Origin: Bacillus subtilis subsp. subtilis str. 168
Lineage (GTDB): Bacteria; Bacillota; Bacilli; Bacillales; Bacillaceae
Reading direction: 5' to 3'
Assembly (NCBI RefSeq): GCF_000009045.1
Contig: NC_000964.3
Location: forward strand, 390,001-422,000
Length of the DNA stretch: 32,000 nucleotides
Made by a program: the position numbers and the translations under genes. Of this stretch, positions 23,157 to 30,109 are shown piece after piece; within the stretch, counting starts at the first letter, position 1, and each line of letters begins with the position of its first letter. The notes under the pieces were generated by a model. The model did no database searches. It saw only the letters and a program-made list of their open reading frames with translations, and was not told the DNA's origin.

Positions 23157-24578
23157 ATGGCTTATCAAGATTTCAGAGAATTTCTCGCTGCCCTTGAAAA
23201 AGAAGGACAGCTGCTTACAGTGAATGAAGAGGTAAAGCCGGAACCGGATTTAGGGGCCTCCGCACGGGCAGCCAGCAATCTTGGCGATAAAAGCCCTGCG
23301 CTCTTATTTAACAACATTTACGGCTATCATAACGCGCGAATTGCGATGAATGTCATCGGCTCTTGGCCAAACCATGCCATGATGCTGGGCATGCCGAAAG
23401 ACACACCGGTAAAAGAACAGTTTTTTGAATTCGCAAAGCGTTATGACCAGTTTCCGATGCCGGTCAAACGTGAGGAAACAGCGCCATTTCATGAAAATGA
23501 AATCACAGAAGATATCAATTTGTTCGATATACTGCCTCTTTTCAGAATTAACCAGGGTGATGGAGGCTACTATTTAGACAAAGCATGTGTCATTTCCCGT
23601 GATCTTGAGGACCCTGACAACTTCGGCAAACAAAATGTCGGCATTTACAGAATGCAAGTCAAAGGAAAAGACCGCCTTGGCATTCAGCCTGTCCCGCAGC
23701 ACGATATTGCAATCCATCTGCGCCAAGCTGAAGAACGCGGCATCAACCTTCCGGTCACTATTGCGCTCGGCTGTGAGCCGGTCATTACAACGGCGGCATC
23801 GACTCCGCTTCTCTATGATCAATCAGAATACGAAATGGCAGGTGCGATTCAAGGCGAACCATATCGCATCGTCAAATCAAAGCTGTCTGATCTTGATGTT
23901 CCGTGGGGCGCTGAAGTGGTGCTTGAAGGTGAGATTATTGCCGGAGAGCGCGAATATGAAGGGCCGTTCGGTGAATTCACAGGCCATTATTCCGGCGGAC
24001 GCAGCATGCCGATTATCAAAATTAAACGCGTCTATCACAGAAACAATCCGATCTTTGAACATTTATACTTAGGCATGCCTTGGACAGAATGCGATTACAT
24101 GATCGGCATTAACACATGCGTGCCGCTTTATCAGCAGTTAAAAGAAGCGTATCCGAACGAAATTGTGGCAGTGAACGCCATGTACACACACGGTTTAATC
24201 GCGATTGTTTCCACAAAAACCCGCTATGGCGGATTTGCGAAAGCGGTCGGCATGCGCGCACTCACAACGCCGCACGGACTCGGCTACTGCAAAATGGTCA
24301 TAGTCGTTGATGAGGATGTCGATCCATTCAACCTTCCGCAGGTCATGTGGGCGCTTTCGACCAAAATGCATCCGAAACATGATGCGGTCATCATTCCGGA
24401 CTTATCTGTCCTGCCGCTTGATCCGGGATCCAATCCATCAGGAATCACTCACAAAATGATTCTCGACGCCACTACACCGGTTGCGCCGGAAACAAGAGGC
24501 CATTATTCACAGCCGCTTGATTCTCCGCTAACAACGAAAGAATGGGAACAAAAACTAATGGACTTAATGAATAAATAA
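23157..24578 (+). CDS. bsdC: UbiD-family (prenyl-FMN dependent) reversible aromatic acid decarboxylase, subunit C
   Basis: 473-aa ORF with a UbiD-like sequence (MAYQDFREFLAALEKEGQL..., EGPFGEFTGHY). ATG 23157 lies 9 nt after GGAGGA and 2 nt after the bsdB stop. Confidence 0.93.
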   Translation: MAYQDFREFLAALEKEGQLLTVNEEVKPEPDLGASARAASNLGDKSPALLFNNIYGYHNARIAMNVIGSWPNHAMMLGMPKDTPVKEQFFEFAKRYDQFPMPVKREETAPFHENEITEDINLFDILPLFRINQGDGGYYLDKACVISRDLEDPDNFGKQNVGIYRMQVKGKDRLGIQPVPQHDIAIHLRQAEERGINLPVTIALGCEPVITTAASTPLLYDQSEYEMAGAIQGEPYRIVKSKLSDLDVPWGAEVVLEGEIIAGEREYEGPFGEFTGHYSGGRSMPIIKIKRVYHRNNPIFEHLYLGMPWTECDYMIGINTCVPLYQQLKEAYPNEIVAVNAMYTHGLIAIVSTKTRYGGFAKAVGMRALTTPHGLGYCKMVIVVDEDVDPFNLPQVMWALSTKMHPKHDAVIIPDLSVLPLDPGSNPSGITHKMILDATTPVAPETRGHYSQPLDSPLTTKEWEQKLMDLMNK

Positions 24579-24594
24579 GGAAAGGATGTTCGAA

Positions 24595-24822
24595 ATGCAT
24601 ACATGTCCTCGATGCGACTCAAAAAAGGGAGAAGTCATGAGCAAATCGCCTGTAGAAGGCGCATGGGAAGTTTATCAGTGCCAAACATGCTTTTTTACAT
24701 GGAGATCCTGTGAACCGGAAAGCATTACAAATCCCGAAAAATACAATCCAGCGTTTAAAATTGATCCAAAGGAAACAGAAACAGCAATTGAAGTTCCGGC
24801 GGTGCCGGAACGAAAGGCTTGA
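24595..24822 (+). CDS. bsdD: Small zinc-ribbon subunit D of the decarboxylase (75 aa)
   Basis: MHTCPRCDSKKG...YQCQTCFFTW carries a CxxC...CxxC motif. ATG 24595 lies 8 nt after AAGGAAAGGA. The first ATG at 24586 abuts the SD. Confidence 0.85.
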   Translation: MHTCPRCDSKKGEVMSKSPVEGAWEVYQCQTCFFTWRSCEPESITNPEKYNPAFKIDPKETETAIEVPAVPERKA

Positions 24823-25283
24823 TCCGCGTGAACTGTATGTCAGACCGTCTCTTTGAGCTGCTTGACGGGAGCTGCCTGAATGAGAAGCAGCATGAGGCCT
24901 TCGTTCTGCAAACAGTATCAGAGGATGGCTGGCCGCATGCCGCTATGATCAGTGCAGGTGAAATCATCGCGCTGAGCCGAACTGATATCCGAATCGCTCT
25001 GTGGAAAAACACAATGACTTCGGCCAACATCCTTCGCACAGGAAAAGCACAGTTCACGGCGTGGTGGAAGGGAGCGGCCTATTATGTAAAGCTTGAATGC
25101 GCGCCTTTACCGCCTTTGAAAGATGCCGAATATGAAAGAGACCGTTTTTCCTGCCGCATCGTTTCAGTGAAAGAGGACGTTGCGAAATACGCTGATTTGA
25201 CTTCAGGTGTCCGTATACAGCTTCACAGCCCTGAAGAGGTGCTGAGCAGATGGAAAAAGACCCTGGAAGATTTAAAACGGTAA
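24819..25283 (+). CDS. yclD: Uncharacterised protein, possibly a PNPOx-like FMN-binding split-barrel fold; last gene of the bsd operon
   Basis: The ORF is open from TTG 24819, which overlaps the bsdD TGA (TTGA). Alternative starts are GTG 24828 (10 nt after AAAGG) and ATG 24837. There is no terminator before it and a strong one after it. The fold suggestion rests only on the ..EDGWPHAAMISAG.. context. Confidence 0.7.
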   Translation: MIRVNCMSDRLFELLDGSCLNEKQHEAFVLQTVSEDGWPHAAMISAGEIIALSRTDIRIALWKNTMTSANILRTGKAQFTAWWKGAAYYVKLECAPLPPLKDAEYERDRFSCRIVSVKEDVAKYADLTSGVRIQLHSPEEVLSRWKKTLEDLKR

Positions 25284-25290
25284 TATCGAT

Positions 25291-25319
25291 AGCCTGACGC
25301 CATGCGTCAGGCTTTTTTT
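25291..25319 (+). terminator. Intrinsic terminator of the bsdBCD-yclD operon
   Basis: Perfect 10-bp stem AGCCTGACGC / GCGTCAGGCT (25291-25300 / 25304-25313), 3-nt loop, T6 run. Confidence 0.85.
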
Positions 25320-25349
25320 ATATAATGAAAACAAAAGGGGGCGTGAGAA

Positions 25350-26195
25350 ATGGAACGTGCGGGGATCTGTCACTCGGACGGCTTTGATTTAGCTTATCGA
25401 ATTGAGGGCGAGGGCGCACCCATCCTTGTGATCGGGAGTGCGGTTTACTATCCGCGCCTTTTTTCCTCAGATATCAAACAGAAATATCAATGGGTCTTTG
25501 TCGACCATAGGGGATTTGCTAAGCCTAAGCGGGAGCTTCGTGCGGAGGATTCGAGGCTTGATGCTGTCTTGGCTGATATCGAAAGGATGAGAACATTTCT
25601 TCAGCTTGAGGATGTTACTATCCTGGGACATTCCGGGCACGCTTTTATGGCTTTAGAGTATGCCAGGACATATCCCAAACAAGTTCGGAAGGTGGCGCTC
25701 TTTAATACTGCGCCTGATAACAGTGAAGAAAGACAGCGAAAAAGCGAATCATTTTTCATGGAAACAGCCAGTCTTGAGAGAAAGAAACGCTTTGAAAAAG
25801 ACATCGAGAATTTGCCGCAGGACATCGACAAAGATCCTGAAAGGCGCTTTGTGCACATGTGTATTCGCGCTGAAGCGAAAAGCTTTTATCAAGAGCGGCC
25901 GCATGCTGCTGCCTTATGGGACGGTGTATTCACGAATATGCCGATCATTGATGAATTATGGGGCAATACATTTGCCCGGATTGATCTTCTTCAGCGGTTA
26001 GCTGATGTTCGTATGCCGGTGTATATCGGATTAGGGAGATATGATTATTTGGTTGCGCCCGTTTCGCTATGGGATGCTGTTGACGGTTTATATCCCCATG
26101 TTGATAAGGTTATTTTTGAAAAGAGCGGCCATCAGCCGATGCTGGAAGAACCGGAAGCCTTTGATCAAAGCTTCAGGAAATGGCTTGATCAATAA
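25350..26195 (+). CDS. yclE: Alpha/beta-fold hydrolase (proline iminopeptidase-like)
   Basis: 281-aa ORF with SD AAAAGGGGG 8 nt upstream. The nucleophile elbow is ILGHSGHAF and the C-terminal SGHQPMLEEP histidine motif is present. Confidence 0.85.
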   Translation: MERAGICHSDGFDLAYRIEGEGAPILVIGSAVYYPRLFSSDIKQKYQWVFVDHRGFAKPKRELRAEDSRLDAVLADIERMRTFLQLEDVTILGHSGHAFMALEYARTYPKQVRKVALFNTAPDNSEERQRKSESFFMETASLERKKRFEKDIENLPQDIDKDPERRFVHMCIRAEAKSFYQERPHAAALWDGVFTNMPIIDELWGNTFARIDLLQRLADVRMPVYIGLGRYDYLVAPVSLWDAVDGLYPHVDKVIFEKSGHQPMLEEPEAFDQSFRKWLDQ

Positions 26196-26197
26196 AA

Positions 26198-26229
26198 AAC
26201 AGCCCGCAGATCAACATCCGCGGGCTGTT
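26198..26229. terminator. Bidirectional terminator shared by convergent yclE and dtpT
   Basis: 10-bp stem AACAGCCCGC / GCGGGCTGTT (26198-26207 / 26220-26229) with a 12-nt loop. An A6 run upstream gives a U-tract for the minus strand, and TTTCTG lies downstream. Confidence 0.7.
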
Positions 26230-26234
26230 TCTGA

Positions 26235-27713
26235 TTATAAGACCCCTTTCATCGCGCGTTTGATCACCGGCGAGAGCAGCAGGAGAATGCCGCCAAGAAC
26301 GATAGAAATCAAACCGATGGTGCCGAAGTACATTGTTTCAGGAATTTTATCAAACAATCCGGCTACTTGGGCATTGATCGCTTGGGCTGCTGCGTTCGTC
26401 AGAAACCACATACTCATTGTCTGTGCAGAGAAGGCAGCTGGTGCCAGTTTCGTTGTCACGGATAAACCGACTGGAGACAGGCACAGCTCTCCAAGCACGA
26501 CAAGCAGGAAGCTGAGAACGAGCCAAAGCGGGCTTACGAGTGCTTCTTTTCCTTGCATAGCAGGGAATACCATAATGATAAATGACAATCCGGCTAAAAT
26601 AATTCCGATTGAGAATTTAACTGGTGTAGACGGCTGACGTTTGCCAAGCTTCATCCAGAGCCATGCGAATATTGGCGCAAAAATGACAACAAACAATGGA
26701 TTTAATGATTGGAACCATGATGACTGAAGTTCGAATCCGCCCAATGAAAGTCTTATGCGTTCATCAGCGTATACCGCAAGAATGGTCGCTCCCTGTTCCT
26801 GAATGGCCCAGAACATGACAGCACCGATAAACAAAGGAACGTAAGCGGCAAGACGGGATTTTTCTGTTTTGTCCGCTTTTTTGCTTGTAAACATGATGAT
26901 GAAATAAATCACAGGAATCAAAATACCGAGAATACTTACAAGGTCAATGAAACGTTTGATCGTCAGCACGCCTGTTTGTACAGAGATAATCACTGCGATC
27001 GCCACAATGATAACACCGATTCCGGTGCCAATTGCAGATTTTTTAGACAGCGGATTCGGCACATTGGAACCTGCAAGCCCGAGGTTTTTCTTTCTTGTCA
27101 AAGCAAATACGATAAGTCCGAGAAGCATTCCGACCGCGGCAGCTCCGAATCCGAGATGATAGTTGTACTTCTGTCCGAGTGTTCCGACAATTAACGGCGC
27201 GAGTAAACCACCGAGGTTAATCCCCATGTAGAAAATACTGAAACCTGAGTCGCGGCGCGGGTCTTCTTTCGTGTAAAGATCCCCAACTACGCTTGAAACG
27301 TTTGGTTTTAATAAGCCTGTTCCGACAATGATAAGCACCATACTGATATAGAATGCTATCGAACTGCCCGGATAGGCGAGTGCAATGTGGCCGAACATAA
27401 TGAATATGCCGCCGTAAAACACGGTGTTTGCGGTACCGAATACCCGGTCAGCGAGCCATCCGCCAATAATGGTGGACATGTATACGAGTGATCCGTAAAT
27501 CGACATAATGGCAACCGCAGTGCCCTTGTCAAAGCCGAGCCCTCCGTTTACCGTCTCTGTATACAAATAGTAAAGTAAGATTGCTCTCATTCCATAGTAA
27601 GAGAAACGCTCCCAAAATTCGGTGAAAAATAGTGTAAATAGTCCTCGCGGGTGACCAAAGAACCCTTTTTGCGGGACGCTTTTAATGATACTTTCGTTAT
27701 CAATCGAAGCCAT
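26235..27713 (-). CDS. dtpT: Proton-dependent di/tripeptide transporter (POT/PTR2 family)
   Basis: 492 aa from ATG 27713. PTR2 signatures are ERFSYYGMRAILLYYL and GGWLADRVFG, with about 14 TM segments. The track start at 27722 is a TTG three codons upstream. Confidence 0.92.
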   Translation of the reverse strand: MASIDNESIIKSVPQKGFFGHPRGLFTLFFTEFWERFSYYGMRAILLYYLYTETVNGGLGFDKGTAVAIMSIYGSLVYMSTIIGGWLADRVFGTANTVFYGGIFIMFGHIALAYPGSSIAFYISMVLIIVGTGLLKPNVSSVVGDLYTKEDPRRDSGFSIFYMGINLGGLLAPLIVGTLGQKYNYHLGFGAAAVGMLLGLIVFALTRKKNLGLAGSNVPNPLSKKSAIGTGIGVIIVAIAVIISVQTGVLTIKRFIDLVSILGILIPVIYFIIMFTSKKADKTEKSRLAAYVPLFIGAVMFWAIQEQGATILAVYADERIRLSLGGFELQSSWFQSLNPLFVVIFAPIFAWLWMKLGKRQPSTPVKFSIGIILAGLSFIIMVFPAMQGKEALVSPLWLVLSFLLVVLGELCLSPVGLSVTTKLAPAAFSAQTMSMWFLTNAAAQAINAQVAGLFDKIPETMYFGTIGLISIVLGGILLLLSPVIKRAMKGVL

Positions 27714-27751
27714 GTCAGCCAAACCCTTTCTAAAAAAAGTGTATTATAAAA

Positions 27752-27780
27752 ATCATATTCTTATATAATACTTGTGTCAA
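27752..27780 (-). promoter_or_regulatory. Near-consensus sigma-A promoter of dtpT
   Basis: On the minus strand, TTGACA (27780-27775), exactly 17 bp, then TATGAT (27757-27752). This lies about 35-40 nt upstream of the ATG. Confidence 0.6.
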
Positions 27781-27992
27781 TATAATTTATACTCATTTCA
27801 AATAGTTCCATATTGGAAAAATTATAAATACCTAAAAATAGTGATTTCCTCCTAATTTTTAAACTTTTTATCGTGAGATTTTCTTACACAACTATTCCTT
27901 TATATTTTTTTAATAAAATTTTAGAGAAATGTACAAGCAGATCGGGCCTTTGTGAGTAACATGATAGTAATCATAGAGAAGGAGGCTCGCAA

Positions 27993-29747
27993 TTGGCTGA
28001 ATTCATATTAAATGCAGCGGATTTCGGTGTTCCTAGAGATGGTAAAACGGATTCGACAGAACGGATTAATCAGTGCCTCAGTACAGCTGTTTCGAAAGGC
28101 TATCATACTGTCTGGTTTCCAAAGGGAACATATTTAATAGACGCAACGCTTGGCGGAGATCTTAATCAGAGGTTTCGAAACGCGGGGATCATTGTTCCCG
28201 GCAACCTTGAGATTATGATGGACCCCGAATGTATCATGAAAGTGATACCGAATAGTTCGTGGGGTTATTCCGCATTTTATGTAGGCAAGCAAGAGAATAT
28301 AACTATTTCCGGAGGACAAATTATCGGCGAACGGGATGAGCATACGTATGCCTCGGCGGGGATAAGGTCAACCCATGAATGGGGCTTTGGCATATGTATT
28401 GAAGGATGCTCGAATGTTGTCATTGATGATGTGAAAATTTCCGATTTTACCGGCGATGGGATCATAGTCAGCCCAAGGGGATTAAAGACCAATCAAGATT
28501 ATCGAACGTCAGAGCAAATTATCATCCGCCGCTGTGAGGTTCGGCGGTCGAGGAGAAATAACATTTCCATTACCGGATGTGACATGGTCACGGTGGAGGA
28601 ATGCTTGATTGAAGATGCCGGAACGGGGAATGGAACAGCGCCGAAATTCGGAATTGACATTGAAGGATATGGCGAAGGTGACGTTGATTATGAGGAACCG
28701 ATTAATGTATCAATTCGCAATAACCACTTTGTTGGAAACGTTTCAAGTTCTGTGACCAATTTTAACGGGTATGGCATTTTAATAGAAGGAAATCACTCAG
28801 ACAATACAATCAGCTACGGATATGGGACGCAAACAGTGATCAAGGGCAATATTCTGAGACGCCCTGAAGACGCGGCGGCTGCGCCAAGAGTCGGGATAAC
28901 CGGACTCGGTGTATCACAAGGAAAAGAGACCAGTGATGCAGTGATCGCTGGCAACCTCATTACCGGATTTTCAACTGGAATTGATGTCAGGGGAAAGAGC
29001 GTTCTTGTGACGAACAACAAAATCAGCAACTTTGAAAACACAGGGATATTGGTTTATCAGTCCTCCGACGTAAAGGTAGACGGAAACCAAATTCAAAACG
29101 GACTGTCTGAAACAAGGCGCAGCATCGGTCTTCGCGCAGTGCTGTCAGATGACATCGCATTTCTGAATAACTGTCTCATTCAAGTCGTTGACGGTGTGAA
29201 CGTTTCCGGCGGAAATATGATCATTAAAGATAATCTCCTGAGAAAATTCAGCCGGGGCATTTGGATTGCTCAAGGGAACGCGGTGATTGAAGGGAATACA
29301 CTGAATCCTGACGCGTTTGAAGCAGTGCCGGAATCATATTCTGTTTCCGTCACAAACAATGCCGGCGCCATCATCAAAAACAATACATTTAAAGAGTTCA
29401 AAAATTACCCCATTTATTGCTCCACAAGTGCAAAAACCTCAATTATCGGCAACCACTTAGAGCGATCCCCGCTTTTGGTCACCATCTATATCAGCGCAGG
29501 TGTGCATGAGATTTTTGATAATACCATTTCAGTCAACAGAACAGCCGGGAATCCGATTGTGATTTATCTCAATGGCTCTGCAGGCTCTATCATCTCTGGA
29601 AACACCATCAATAACCTCTCCGCGGGCACTGCGACAGCTATTCAAACAAACACGTCAACCAATTCCAAAATCATCGGCAACCGCATTTTTAAAGGGACCA
29701 TCAACAAACACAGCAGTGATACAATAGACGGCAATATGATTGTCTGA
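27993..29747 (+). CDS. yclG: Right-handed parallel beta-helix protein (pectate-lyase-3 / tailspike-like fold), no signal peptide
   Basis: TTG start 7 nt after GAAGGAGG. The N-terminus, NAADFGVPRDGKTDSTERINQCL...GYHTVWFPKGTYLI, matches the hallmark start of pectate-lyase-superfamily proteins. About 19 coils carrying the I-x-[GND]-N-x-[ILF] rung motif follow. Confidence 0.88.
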   Translation: MAEFILNAADFGVPRDGKTDSTERINQCLSTAVSKGYHTVWFPKGTYLIDATLGGDLNQRFRNAGIIVPGNLEIMMDPECIMKVIPNSSWGYSAFYVGKQENITISGGQIIGERDEHTYASAGIRSTHEWGFGICIEGCSNVVIDDVKISDFTGDGIIVSPRGLKTNQDYRTSEQIIIRRCEVRRSRRNNISITGCDMVTVEECLIEDAGTGNGTAPKFGIDIEGYGEGDVDYEEPINVSIRNNHFVGNVSSSVTNFNGYGILIEGNHSDNTISYGYGTQTVIKGNILRRPEDAAAAPRVGITGLGVSQGKETSDAVIAGNLITGFSTGIDVRGKSVLVTNNKISNFENTGILVYQSSDVKVDGNQIQNGLSETRRSIGLRAVLSDDIAFLNNCLIQVVDGVNVSGGNMIIKDNLLRKFSRGIWIAQGNAVIEGNTLNPDAFEAVPESYSVSVTNNAGAIIKNNTFKEFKNYPIYCSTSAKTSIIGNHLERSPLLVTIYISAGVHEIFDNTISVNRTAGNPIVIYLNGSAGSIISGNTINNLSAGTATAIQTNTSTNSKIIGNRIFKGTINKHSSDTIDGNMIV

Positions 29748-29754
29748 AAAAAGC

Positions 29755-29779
29755 GCCCCCCTTTAGGGGTTCTTTTTTT
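29755..29779 (+). terminator. Weak terminator-like element after yclG, overlapping the yczF stop
   Basis: Short CCCC-TTTA-GGGG hairpin (29757-29768) followed by a T8 run (29772-29779). The stem is only 4-5 bp. Confidence 0.35.
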
Positions 29780-29984
29780 TCGATTTATAGATCACGTACA
29801 TTTCTCTCACAAGTACTAACACAAAAAATAAAAGCACGACCCATTCCGCAAATGTTGTCATCTTAAAGCTGGACATATTGTTATAAACGGCTTTTGTTAA
29901 ACTGAACCCTTGAAGCATGTCCATCAACACAGAAATAGCTAATAAACAAATTAATATGAATCCGGTCACGCCCAATATCTTCAT
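29763..29984 (-). CDS. yczF: Small two-TM membrane protein (73 aa)
   Basis: SD GGAGGA lies 9 nt upstream of the ATG. There are two hydrophobic helices (GFILICLLAISVLMDML, WVVLLFFVLVLV) and a basic C-terminus. Confidence 0.75.
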   Translation of the reverse strand: MKILGVTGFILICLLAISVLMDMLQGFSLTKAVYNNMSSFKMTTFAEWVVLLFFVLVLVREMYVIYKSKKKNP

Positions 29985-30109
29985 GCTTCATCATCCTCCG
30001 CTTTTAGTGTCTATCTTTGGCGGAGAAGTTATACCGCATCTAACCCTAATGCATAATCTCAATTTTAAAAGGAAGAATATGAGAAAACGACAAGGAAAGG
30101 TATTTGTGT

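Noticed and set aside
23587-24072. A 161-aa out-of-frame ORF inside bsdC.
   Set aside because: It lies inside a well-conserved UbiD-type reading frame and has no SD or recognisable features.
25321-25326. A TATAAT hexamer just after the bsd-operon terminator, considered as the yclE promoter -10.
   Set aside because: There is no acceptable -35 at 16-18 bp (CGCCAT) and no TG extension. The hexamer lies only about 10 nt from the yclE SD. It may still contribute, but I cannot support calling it.
26041-26637. A 198-aa plus-strand ORF bridging the yclE 3' end, the terminator and the antisense of dtpT.
   Set aside because: It crosses a bidirectional terminator and runs antisense to a strongly supported POT transporter gene. 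It has no SD.
30036-30085. GCATC and GCATA pentamers upstream of gerKA, considered as a forespore sigma-factor -35 element.
   Set aside because: The sequences at the expected -10 distance (AAGAATA / AGAATAT) match the CATxxTA-type consensus poorly. I cannot assign a promoter from sequence alone.
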